Below are positions 1-8,352 of a DNA stretch of 30,174 nt, piece by piece. The position numbers were made by a program, and so were the translations under genes. The notes beneath the pieces are model-generated. The model made no database searches, was not told where the DNA came from, and saw only the letters and a program-made list of their open reading frames with translations. Position 1 is the first letter of the stretch, and each line of letters begins with the position of its first letter. The DNA lies in NCBI GenBank assembly GCA_025965495.1, contig JAOPWW010000339.1, positions 1-30,174 of the forward strand. The letters are read 5' to 3'. This stretch comes from Frankiales bacterium (GTDB lineage Bacteria; Actinomycetota; Actinomycetes; Mycobacteriales; SCTD01).

Positions 1-37
1 CGAGGAGATCCGCCGGCTCGTGAAGGACCTGGCGTGA
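1..37 (+). CDS. 3' end of an upstream gene (partial, ...EEIRRLVKDLA*), product unknown
   Basis: Open frame from position 2 to TGA at 35-37 with GC-rich third positions; too short to assign. Confidence 0.5.
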   Translation, partial: EEIRRLVKDLA

Positions 38-94
38 CGGTCGTCCCGGCCACGCGCACGACCACACCGACCCGACCGACCGAGGGAGACCGCC

Positions 95-1165
95 GTGCAG
101 TGGACGCTGTCTGAGGAGCAGGACGCCTACCAGCGCGCCCTGCGCGACTGGCTGGACGACGTCGCCCCGGCCGCGACGGTCCGGGCCTGGTTCGAGGCGG
201 GCGACACGAGCGCGTTCGAGGAGCGCTTCGTCGCCGACGGCTGGGCCGGCGTCGGCACCCCCGAGGAGCTGGGCGGCCAGGGCGGGGGACTCGTCGAGCT
301 CGTCCTCACCGCGGAGGAGCTGGCCCGGTCCGCCGCCCCGTCCGCGACGTGGCTGGCGAACGTGCTGGCCGCTCCCGCGCTCGCGGGACGCGACGGCGCC
401 GCGGAGGCCGCCTTCGCCGGCGCGGCCGTCGCCCTGCTGGTCAGCGCCGAGAAGGTGCCCGACGCCGCCCCCGCCCTCGCGCTCGCCGCCGACGGCACGG
501 TCTCCGGCGAGGCCCCCCGCGTGCTCGCCGGGGGCACCGCCGCGCAGTTCGTGGTGCCCGTCGTCGACGCCGCCGGGTCCCGCTCCCTGCGCCTGGTGCA
601 GGCGTCAGCGGACGGCGTCACCGTCACCCCGCGCGACCTGCTCGACCGCAGCCGGGCCGTGGCCGACGTCGTCCTCGCAGGTGCCGCCTCGGAGGCGCTC
701 GACGTCGACGCCGAGCGGGTGCTGCGCGACGCGTCGTCGCGGGCCGCCGTGCTCGTCGCCGCCGACACCCTCGGCGCGAGCGAGCGGATGCTCGCGCTGT
801 CGGTCGAGTACAGCAAGCAGCGCCACCAGTTCGGCGTGCCGATCGGCTCGTTCCAGGCGGTCAAGCACGCGTCCGCGACGATCTTCGTCGGGGTCGAGGC
901 AGCGCGCTCGGTCGTCTACTTCGCCGCGGCCTCGGTCGACGCGGACGGCCCGGACAGCGCGCTGCACGCGGCGGCGACCAAGGCGCAGGTCACGGCGGAG
1001 GGCGCGAAGGCCGCCGACAGCGCCCTGACGCTGCACGGCGCGATCGGCTACACCTGGGAGCACGACCTCCACTTCTTCTACAAGCGGGCCAAGCTCGACG
1101 AGCGCCTCGCCGGCTCGCCGACCGTGTGGAACGAGCGCCTGGCCGACGCGCTCGCGCTCGTCTGA
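95..1165 (+). CDS. Acyl-CoA dehydrogenase family protein, short subunit of the heteromeric FadE27/FadE28-like type
   Basis: SD GAGGGAG before GTG; N-terminal LSEEQ; QRHQFGVPIGSFQAVKH and LHGAIGYTWEHDLH motifs; lacks the C-terminal IYEGT/GGTxEI motif. Confidence 0.85.
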   Translation: MQWTLSEEQDAYQRALRDWLDDVAPAATVRAWFEAGDTSAFEERFVADGWAGVGTPEELGGQGGGLVELVLTAEELARSAAPSATWLANVLAAPALAGRDGAAEAAFAGAAVALLVSAEKVPDAAPALALAADGTVSGEAPRVLAGGTAAQFVVPVVDAAGSRSLRLVQASADGVTVTPRDLLDRSRAVADVVLAGAASEALDVDAERVLRDASSRAAVLVAADTLGASERMLALSVEYSKQRHQFGVPIGSFQAVKHASATIFVGVEAARSVVYFAAASVDADGPDSALHAAATKAQVTAEGAKAADSALTLHGAIGYTWEHDLHFFYKRAKLDERLAGSPTVWNERLADALALV

Positions 1166-1200
1166 CCTCCGTCCCGTCCCCGCCCTCGAGGAGCACCCGC

Positions 1201-2160
1201 ATGACCACCACTGACAAGGCCGTGGACAACCGCACCCCGGGGGAGACCCGGCGCGTGCACGTGCGCGAGGTCGGCCCGCGCGACGGCTTCCAGAACGAGC
1301 CGGAGACCATCGCGACGCCGGACAAGATCGCGCTGATCAACGCCCTCGGGCAGTCGGGCTTCGACCGGATCGAGGTCGCCAGCTTCGTGCGCCCCGACGT
1401 CCTGCCGCAGCTCGCCGACGGCGTCGAGGTGCTGCGCAGCATCGAGGTCCCCGACCACGTCCGTCGCCAGGTCCTGGTGCCCAACAGCAAGGGCCTGGAC
1501 AACGCCCTGCGGGTGCGCGACCTGTTCGAGGACGTCGCGCTGTTCGTCAGCTCCTCGCAGACGCACAACAGGAAGAACATCAACCGCACCGTCGAGGAGA
1601 CGATGGCGGACGTCCAGGTCATGGGCAAGAGGGTGCTCGCCGAGGACCTCGGGCTCTGCTCGGTCATCGCCACGTCCTTCGGCTGCCCCTACGAGGGCCA
1701 CGTCCCGATCGACGACGTGCTCGACCTCGCGGAGCAGTTCGCGGAGGCGGGCGCCACCGAGATCGGCTTCGGCGACACCACCGGCATGGCGAACCCGGCC
1801 TACGTGACGCGGTTCTTCCAGCGCGCGTTCGAGCGGCTGCCCGGGGTCGAGCTGACCGCGCACTTCCACAACACCCGGGGGCAGGGCCTGGCCAACGCCT
1901 ACGCCGCCCTCGAGGCCGGCTGCACGAGCTTCGAGTCGAGCTTCGGCGAGCTCGGCGGCTGCCCGGTCCCAGCGGGCTCCACCGGCAACATCGCCACCGA
2001 GGACCTCGTCAGCATGTTCCACGAGATGGGCGTCGAGACCGGCATCGACCTGGTGGCCACCATCGAGGCGGCGCGCGAGGCGCAGGAGGTCCTGGGCCGC
2101 AAGCTCACCAGCCACTCGATCGTCGCCGGCCCCGTCCTGTGGGGCGGCGTCCCGGCGTGA
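1201..2160 (+). CDS. Hydroxymethylglutaryl-CoA lyase family (DRE-TIM) enzyme
   Basis: REVGPRDGFQNE, HFHNTRGQG and GGCP motifs; SD GAGGAG before ATG 1201 (the longer ORF from 349 is a non-coding extension). Confidence 0.9.
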   Translation: MTTTDKAVDNRTPGETRRVHVREVGPRDGFQNEPETIATPDKIALINALGQSGFDRIEVASFVRPDVLPQLADGVEVLRSIEVPDHVRRQVLVPNSKGLDNALRVRDLFEDVALFVSSSQTHNRKNINRTVEETMADVQVMGKRVLAEDLGLCSVIATSFGCPYEGHVPIDDVLDLAEQFAEAGATEIGFGDTTGMANPAYVTRFFQRAFERLPGVELTAHFHNTRGQGLANAYAALEAGCTSFESSFGELGGCPVPAGSTGNIATEDLVSMFHEMGVETGIDLVATIEAAREAQEVLGRKLTSHSIVAGPVLWGGVPA

Positions 2161-2969
2161 AGGTCCTCGACCAGACGTTCCAGACCCTCGCCCTCGAGCA
2201 GGCCGCCCCCGGCGTCGTCGTCCTGCGCCTGGACCGGCCCGACCGGTACAACGCCATGACCGACCAGATGTTCGGTGAGCTCGAGCAGGTCGCGGAGGCG
2301 CTGGACGACGAGGTCGACCTGCGCGTCGTCGTGCTGACCGGTACCGGCAAGGCGTTCTGCTCGGGCTACGACCTCGCCGACGCCGACGCGCTGCCGGGGC
2401 TCGGCGCGATGGGGATGCTCGCGCTGCAGGAGCGGGCCGCCCGCGCCCTCCTGGCGGTGCGGAGCATGCGCGTCCCCGTGATCGCCGCGGTCAACGGGTC
2501 GGCCGCAGGCGGGGGCTTCTCGCTCTCGCTGGCCGCCGACATCCGCCTGGCGGCCCCGGAGGCGAAGTTCAACGCGGCGTTCGTCAAGATCGGACTGTCC
2601 GCTGGCGACCTCGGCCTGTCCTGGCTGCTGACCCGCCTGGTCGGCCCCGGCGTCGCGAGCGAGATCTGCTTCACCGGCCGACAGGTGCCGGCCGACGAGG
2701 CGCTCGCGGTCGGCCTCGTCAACGCGGTCAGCGCCCCGGGCGCGCTGCTCGACGACGCCCTGGCGATGGCTGCCAGCATCGTGGCCAACAGCCCGGGCGG
2801 GGTCCAGCTGTCCAAGCGCGCCCTGCAGGCCAACATGGAGGTCACCTCCTACGCCGCCGCCGTCGAGCTGGAGAACCGCGGGCAGTCGCTGCTCACGCGG
2901 GGCGCGGACATGCCCGAGGCGCTCGCGGCCTTCAAGGAGCGCCGCCCCGCCGTCTTCACCGGCCGATGA
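2157..2969 (+). CDS. Crotonase-superfamily enoyl-CoA hydratase/isomerase (paralogue 1)
   Basis: LDRPDRYNAM, AFCSGYDL, AAVNGSAAGGG motifs; GTG start overlaps upstream TGA (GTGA). Confidence 0.88.
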   Translation: MKVLDQTFQTLALEQAAPGVVVLRLDRPDRYNAMTDQMFGELEQVAEALDDEVDLRVVVLTGTGKAFCSGYDLADADALPGLGAMGMLALQERAARALLAVRSMRVPVIAAVNGSAAGGGFSLSLAADIRLAAPEAKFNAAFVKIGLSAGDLGLSWLLTRLVGPGVASEICFTGRQVPADEALAVGLVNAVSAPGALLDDALAMAASIVANSPGGVQLSKRALQANMEVTSYAAAVELENRGQSLLTRGADMPEALAAFKERRPAVFTGR

Positions 2970-3802
2970 CGACCGCCGCACTGGAGGCGGCCGGCGTCCT
3001 GCCGGTCGAGCTGGAGACGCTCTCCCTGGAGGTGCTCGAGGGCGACGTCGCGGTGCTGCGGATCGACCGTCCGGACCGGATGAACGCCCAGCGCCTGGTG
3101 TCGTTCTACGAGCACGGCGCGGCGGCGCGGGCCCTGCGGGACAGCCGGGTGCGCGCCCTGGTGCTGACGGGCGCGGGAGAACGGGCCTTCTCGGCCGGCT
3201 TCGACCTCGAGGAGATCGACCAGCTGACGGCCATGGGGACGATGGAGTTCGTCCGCTTCATGGAGCACGCGACCAAGGGCGTCATGGCCCTGCGGCAGCT
3301 GCCCTTCCCCGTCATCGCCGCGGTCCACGGCCCGGCGCTCGGCGGCGGTCTCGCGCTCGCCCTCGCGGCCGACATCCGGCTGGCGTCACCGACCGCGGCC
3401 TTCAGCGCCGCCTTCCTCAAGGTCGGCCTGTCGGTCGGCGAGCTCGGGACGTCCTGGCACCTGCCCCGGCTGGTCGGCCCCGGCGTGGCCGCGGAGCTCG
3501 GCGTGACCGGACGTGTGGTCAAGGCGGAGGAGGCCCTGCGGATCGGCCTGGTCAACCGGGTCGTGCCGGCCGAGGACCTGTTCGACGAGGCCGTCGCGCT
3601 GGCCCGCCTGATCGCGACGAACTCCCCGGGCGGCGTGCGGATGTCCAAGCGCGCCATCCAGCGCAACCAGGAGATCGCGTCCTACGCGGCCGCCCTCGAG
3701 CTGGAGAACCGGGGGCAGGCGCTGCTCGCGCAGACCGAGGACATGCCGGAGGCGCTCGCGGCCTTCCGGGAGCGGCGCGCTCCCCGCTTCACCGGCCGCT
3801 GA
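2966..3802 (+). CDS. Crotonase-superfamily enoyl-CoA hydratase/isomerase (paralogue 2)
   Basis: AFSAGFDL, AAVHGPALGGG motifs; ATGA overlap; clearly similar to the preceding gene. Confidence 0.88.
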   Translation: MTTAALEAAGVLPVELETLSLEVLEGDVAVLRIDRPDRMNAQRLVSFYEHGAAARALRDSRVRALVLTGAGERAFSAGFDLEEIDQLTAMGTMEFVRFMEHATKGVMALRQLPFPVIAAVHGPALGGGLALALAADIRLASPTAAFSAAFLKVGLSVGELGTSWHLPRLVGPGVAAELGVTGRVVKAEEALRIGLVNRVVPAEDLFDEAVALARLIATNSPGGVRMSKRAIQRNQEIASYAAALELENRGQALLAQTEDMPEALAAFRERRAPRFTGR

Positions 3803-3833
3803 GCCGCTGTCGCGCAGCAGGAGGTCGGGCCCG

Positions 3834-4643
3834 GTGAGCGCGTCGTCCCCGCCCTTCGCCTTCGCCGACGGCGGCCCCGAGCGCCTGATGCGGGTCGACG
3901 GGCTCGCCTGGCGCGACCGCGACGTTCTCGCCCGCATGACCACCGGGCCGTGGCTGCGGTCCCCGGCCGGGAGGCCTGGACTCGGCGCCCTCGGCGTGCT
4001 CGTCGACAACGTGCTCGGCCGCGCCATCATGGGCCAGGGGCAGGACGCCCCCTGGTCGGTGAGCCTGGAGATCGGGATCGACCTCGTGGGCCGGCTCCCG
4101 CTGGACGGGTCGGTCCTGTCCGCCGTGGGCGTGGCCCAGGAGCGCGACGCCCGGGGCGGGCTGGCGACGGCCGAGGTGCGCGACGCGTCCGGGGCCGTGG
4201 TCGCGCTGGCACGGCAGCGGGGCTTCTCCGTGCCGCGCCCGACCGAGCCGCCCGGGGGCCTGGAGACCGGACCTGCTGTGGACGTCTCGAGTGACGACCT
4301 GCTGGCGCTGCTCGGCGGCCGGCTGCAGCGGGGAACGGCCGGTGCGGTGCTGGTGATGGAGGCCGACCCGAGGGTGACCAACCCCCTGGGCAACCTGCAC
4401 GGAGGCATCTCCCTGTGCGCGGTCGAGCAGGTGGCCGCCGCCTGCCTCGACGGACCGCCCTCGCCGCTGCACCCGGTGTCGGTGCAGGTGACCTACGTGC
4501 GGCCGGTGCCGTCCGGTGCACAGGTCGCGTTCACGGCCCAGGCCTTGCACAGGGGCCGCAGCGTCGGCCTCGTGCACGTCGTCGGGGCGGTCGCGGGCGG
4601 GCCGCCGTGCGTCGTCGGGACCGTCGTGGCCCAGGCGGGCTGA
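3834..4643 (+). CDS. Double hot-dog fold (PaaI-like) acyl-CoA thioesterase
   Basis: SD AGGAGG; two hot-dog repeats (GALGVLVDNVLG...SLEIGID; NPLGNLHGG...SVQVTYVRP...GRS). Confidence 0.75.
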   Translation: MSASSPPFAFADGGPERLMRVDGLAWRDRDVLARMTTGPWLRSPAGRPGLGALGVLVDNVLGRAIMGQGQDAPWSVSLEIGIDLVGRLPLDGSVLSAVGVAQERDARGGLATAEVRDASGAVVALARQRGFSVPRPTEPPGGLETGPAVDVSSDDLLALLGGRLQRGTAGAVLVMEADPRVTNPLGNLHGGISLCAVEQVAAACLDGPPSPLHPVSVQVTYVRPVPSGAQVAFTAQALHRGRSVGLVHVVGAVAGGPPCVVGTVVAQAG

Positions 4644-4661
4644 GGCTCTCCGGCGAGAGCC
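4644..4661 (+). terminator. Putative intrinsic terminator hairpin (no U-tract)
   Basis: GGCTCTC-CGGC-GAGAGCC immediately after the stop codon at 4643. Confidence 0.45.
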
Positions 4662-4691
4662 GGTGGGTGTGACGGAAGGCGCAGGAGGCCC

Positions 4692-4720
4692 TTGCGACAA
4701 TGGTCGGACCAAAGTACGTT
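4692..4720 (+). promoter_or_regulatory. Putative SigA/HrdB-type promoter for the 4814-9684 operon
   Basis: -35 TTGCGA (4692-4697), 17 nt spacer, -10 TACGTT (4715-4720), in an AT-enriched island. Confidence 0.65.
4701..4711. promoter_or_regulatory. FadR/GntR-family operator 1 (TGGTC-G-GACCA)
   Basis: Perfect palindrome matching the FadR/LldR-type TGGTCnGACCA core, inside the -35/-10 spacer. Confidence 0.7.
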
Positions 4721-4813
4721 CGGCGCCTGCGCGCTGCTGGGTTGCCGCACGACCGCACCCTCCGGCCCGCCCTGCGCGCCCGGCCCCACCCGCCCGAGGA
4801 GACGAGAAGCGAC

Positions 4814-6463
4814 ATGACGACGACGACGGTGACCGAGGCCCCCGCGCCCGAGGTCCGCTACTCCTCAGAGCTCGTCGCGCAGTTCCGGGGAGACGGGTAC
4901 TGGCGCGACGAGTCGCTCACGCAGTGGGTGAAGCACTGGGCCGACCGCAAGCCGGACGCCGTGGTCGTCACCGACGGCGACGCCAGCCTCAGCTGGGCCG
5001 AGCTGCGGGACCAGTCCGCGCGCTTCGCGAAGGCGCTGAAGGGCCTGGGTGTCGTGGCCGGCGACCGCGTGCAGGTGCAGCTGCCCAACTGGGCCGAGTT
5101 CACCGTCGTCTACGCCGGCATCGCCCGCATCGGCGCCGTGCTGGTGCCGACCATGCCGATCTACCGCTCGGACGAGGTGCGGTACGTCTTCCAGCACTCG
5201 GCAGCCAAGGTCTCCGTCGTCCCCACCACGTACAAGGGCTTCGACCACGCCGGCATGGTCGGAGCGCTGCGTGACGAGGTCGAGACCCTGACCGGGATCG
5301 TCACGGTGCGTGGCCGCGCCGAGGGCGCGCTGTGCTTCGAGGACGTCATCACCGGTCCGGTGCCCAGCGACGACGAGCTCGGGCCCGTGCCGAGCGCCGA
5401 CGCGCCGCACGCGATCATGTACACCTCGGGGACGGAGTCGCGGCCCAAGGGCTGCACCCACACCTTCAACACGATGAGCTTCACCATGTACGGCCTGGGC
5501 CAGGACATCCTGGGCTACGGCCCCGACTCGGTCGTGTTCATGCCCTCGCCCGTCACGCACGCGACCGGTCTGGCCATGGGGGTCGCCTCCCCGATCGTCG
5601 CGGGCAGCGCCATCCACCTCATGCCCGCGTGGGAGGCCAAGGACGGCTTGCGCCGGATCCAGGAGTTCGGCTGCACCCACACGATGACGGCCACGCCGTT
5701 CGTGCGCATGGCTCTCGACGCGCTGACGCCGGAGGACGACCTGAGCAAGCTCGAGGTCTGGGCCTCTGCCGGCGCGCCGATCCCGGCGAGCCTGCTGACG
5801 GAGTTCCAGAGCGCGCTCTCGACGACCGTCCTGCTCCCGGTGTACGGCAGCAGCGAGGGGCTGCTCGCCACGGCCTGCCGCCTCGACGACCCTGCGGACA
5901 AGGTCCTCACCTCCGACGGCCGCCCCAACCCCGGCGTGGTCATGGAGCTGCGCGCCGAGGACGGCTCGGTGGTGAGGGCCGGCCAGGCCGGCGAGGGCGA
6001 GATCTGCTTCGGCGGCCCCGGCCTCATGCTCGGCTACTGGAACGACCCGGACAAGACCCGGGCCGCGATCGACGAGCAGGGCCTGCTGTCGACCGGCGAC
6101 GTCGGCCGCTTCGACGAGGACGGCTTCATGCGCGTCACCGGTCGCATCAAGGACATCATCATCCGCGGCGGCACGAACATCTCGGCACGCGAGGTCGAGG
6201 ACAACCTGCTGGCGCACGACCGCGTGGCCGCGGTCGCGGTCGTGCCCGTGCCGGACGAGCGGCTCGGCGAGATCGGCTGCGCGTTCGTCGTGCCGAAGGG
6301 CGAGCCGCCGACGCTCGAGGAGCTGTGCACGTTCCTGCGCGACGACCGCAAGATCGCGATCCAGAAGCTCCCGGAGATGCTCCGCATCGTCGACAGCCTG
6401 CCGATGACCGCCACGGGCAAGGTCCAGAAGTTCGTGCTCAAGACCCAGCTCGCGACGTCCTGA
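4814..6463 (+). CDS. Acyl-CoA synthetase (AMP-binding; cyclohexanecarboxylate-CoA ligase-like subgroup)
   Basis: YTSGTESRPKG P-loop, YGSSE, TGDVG, GRIKDIIIRGG, TATGKVQK; SD GAGGAG before ATG 4814. Confidence 0.9.
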   Translation: MTTTTVTEAPAPEVRYSSELVAQFRGDGYWRDESLTQWVKHWADRKPDAVVVTDGDASLSWAELRDQSARFAKALKGLGVVAGDRVQVQLPNWAEFTVVYAGIARIGAVLVPTMPIYRSDEVRYVFQHSAAKVSVVPTTYKGFDHAGMVGALRDEVETLTGIVTVRGRAEGALCFEDVITGPVPSDDELGPVPSADAPHAIMYTSGTESRPKGCTHTFNTMSFTMYGLGQDILGYGPDSVVFMPSPVTHATGLAMGVASPIVAGSAIHLMPAWEAKDGLRRIQEFGCTHTMTATPFVRMALDALTPEDDLSKLEVWASAGAPIPASLLTEFQSALSTTVLLPVYGSSEGLLATACRLDDPADKVLTSDGRPNPGVVMELRAEDGSVVRAGQAGEGEICFGGPGLMLGYWNDPDKTRAAIDEQGLLSTGDVGRFDEDGFMRVTGRIKDIIIRGGTNISAREVEDNLLAHDRVAAVAVVPVPDERLGEIGCAFVVPKGEPPTLEELCTFLRDDRKIAIQKLPEMLRIVDSLPMTATGKVQKFVLKTQLATS

Positions 6464-6465
6464 CC

Positions 6466-7380
6466 GTGGGCGGGCCGCAGAGGGTGCAGGTCGGGATCGA
6501 CCTGCACCGGGCGATCACCGGACTCGACCCGGACGAGCGCGCGGCCGTCCTCGCCCGTGTGGAGGAGCACGGGCTCGACCACGTGGGGGTGGGCGACCAC
6601 GTCTCGTTCCACGACGGCACCGGCTTCGACGGTCTGATCGCGAGCGCGGTCGCCCTGGCGGGCACCCGCACCACGTCCGTGAGCGTCGGCATCTACCAGC
6701 TCGCGCTCCGGCACCCGCTGACCGTCGCGCGCCAGCTCCACGACCTCGAGCGCCTCGCCCCGGGGCGGCTCGTCCTCGGTGTCGGCGTCGGCGGGGAGGA
6801 CCGGCGCGAGGTCAGCAACTGCGGCGTCGACCCTTCCACCCGGGGCAAGCGGGTCGACGAGTCGCTCGGACTGCTGCGCCGTCTGCTGTCCGGCGAGGTC
6901 GTCGACCACGAGGGCGAGTTCTTCACGCTCGAGGGCGCGTCCATCGCCGACGCGAAGGTCGTCCCGCCCGTGCTGGTCGGCGGCCGCGGCGACGCCATGG
7001 TGCGCCGCGTCGTCGAGCACGGCGACGGCTGGCTCGGCCTGTTCGTCTCGCCCCGCCGCTACGGCCAGGCGGTCGAGCAGATCCGCGCCGCCGCCGCAGA
7101 CACCGACCGCGACCCGGACCGCTTCGCCCTCAGCGTCTGGTGCGCCTTCGGCGGCGACGCCGAGCGGGCCCAGCTGTTCCAGGGTCTCGCCGACCTGTAC
7201 CGCGCCGAGGAGGAGGCGCTCGCGCCGTACGTCCCGGTCGGGTCGCCCGCCGAGCTCGCTGCCTTCCTGCGCCCCTACCGCGACGCCGGCTGCACGTCCT
7301 TCACGATCATGCCGGGCCACCAGCGCTCGGTCGATGTGGTCGACCAGGTCGCCGAGCTCGCGGAGCTGCTGGCTGCCTGA
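6466..7380 (+). CDS. Luciferase-like monooxygenase (LLM) family oxidoreductase, possibly F420-dependent
   Basis: GDHVSF, LRHPLTVARQL, GRLVLGVGVGG, GDGW motifs; GTG 3 nt after the upstream stop; start approximate. Confidence 0.8.
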   Translation: MGGPQRVQVGIDLHRAITGLDPDERAAVLARVEEHGLDHVGVGDHVSFHDGTGFDGLIASAVALAGTRTTSVSVGIYQLALRHPLTVARQLHDLERLAPGRLVLGVGVGGEDRREVSNCGVDPSTRGKRVDESLGLLRRLLSGEVVDHEGEFFTLEGASIADAKVVPPVLVGGRGDAMVRRVVEHGDGWLGLFVSPRRYGQAVEQIRAAAADTDRDPDRFALSVWCAFGGDAERAQLFQGLADLYRAEEEALAPYVPVGSPAELAAFLRPYRDAGCTSFTIMPGHQRSVDVVDQVAELAELLAA

Positions 7381-7422
7381 CCCGTCCGGCTCCTCCCGTC
7401 TGCAGATCGAAGGACCCCTCGC

Positions 7423-8319
7423 GTGACCTCCTCGCCCTACCGTCCGGACCTGCTGGCCGACAAGCGCATCCTCATCACCGGCGGCGGCACCGGCCTCGGT
7501 CGCGGCGTCGCGCGGCACCTCGTCGAGCACGGCGCGGAGGTCCACCTGTGGGGCCGCCGGCAGGCGGTGCTCGAGGAGGCCGCCGCCGAGGCGTCCGCGT
7601 CGCGGCCCGGCAGCGTCCACGTGCACACCGTCGACGTCCGTCAGTTCGACCAGGTCGACGCCGCCGTGGAGCGGATCTGGCAGGAGCAGGGACCGCTGAC
7701 CGGCGTCCTGAACAACGCCGCCGCGAACTTCATCGCCCCGACCCACACGCTGAGCCCGCGGGCCTTCGAGGCAGTGACAGGCACCGTCATGCACGGGTCG
7801 TTCCACACCGCGCTCGCGACCGGTCGCCGCTGGATCGAGCAGGGCCTGTCGGGCAGCATCGTGTCGACGCTGACCACCTGGGTGTGGACCGGCTCCGCGT
7901 TCGTGGTCCCGTCCGCCATGGGCAAGGCTGCCGTGCACGCCATGACGATGTCGCTCGCCGTCGAGTGGGCCAAGTACGGCATCCGCGTCAACGCGCTCGC
8001 GCCCGGCCCGATCCCCACCGAGTACGCGTGGGAGATGCTCAACCCGACCGAGTCGAGCGCGGTCGGTGCCACGCAGGCGGACCAGATCCCGGCCGGTCGG
8101 ACCGGGACCGTCGAGGAGCTCGCGAACCTCACGATGTTCCTGCTGTCGGACGCCTGCGACTACCTCACCGGCCAGACCATCGCCATGGACGGCGGCCAGA
8201 TGCTGGCCGGCCCCGGCACCTTCGCCGGCCTGACCGGGATGTCGGACGAGGACTGGGCCCAGGCCCGCGAGAAGAGCATGGCCGCCACCGCGGCGAGCAA
8301 GGCCCAGCGCTCCGTCTGA
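7423..8319 (+). CDS. SDR oxidoreductase, 2,4-dienoyl-CoA reductase (DECR)-like
   Basis: ITGGGTGLG, NNAAANFIAP, TGSAFVVPSAMGK, SLAVEWAKYGIRVN and PGPIPT closely follow the DECR1 pattern. Confidence 0.8.
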   Translation: MTSSPYRPDLLADKRILITGGGTGLGRGVARHLVEHGAEVHLWGRRQAVLEEAAAEASASRPGSVHVHTVDVRQFDQVDAAVERIWQEQGPLTGVLNNAAANFIAPTHTLSPRAFEAVTGTVMHGSFHTALATGRRWIEQGLSGSIVSTLTTWVWTGSAFVVPSAMGKAAVHAMTMSLAVEWAKYGIRVNALAPGPIPTEYAWEMLNPTESSAVGATQADQIPAGRTGTVEELANLTMFLLSDACDYLTGQTIAMDGGQMLAGPGTFAGLTGMSDEDWAQAREKSMAATAASKAQRSV

Positions 8320-8352
8320 CGGAGCGCACCACCTCGACGAAGGAGCACGGAC

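Noticed and set aside
57-84. Short ACCG/CCGACC iterations before the first gene
   Set aside because: Too short and irregular; ordinary C-rich intergenic sequence
349-1200. N-terminal extension of the 603-aa ORF, and similar extensions (5332-6465, 11505-12572, 14711-15688, 15805-16359, 19902-21155, 22543-23886) suggesting fusions
   Set aside because: Alternative-frame read-through of upstream genes; real starts are marked by SD sequences or stop/start overlaps
4700-4813. ORF-caller start at ATG 4700 for the ligase
   Set aside because: Overlaps the promoter and operator; a good SD precedes ATG 4814
8094-8104. CGGTCGGACCG palindrome with the operator core
   Set aside because: Inside the SDR coding sequence, GC-flanked, no promoter nearby; treated as background
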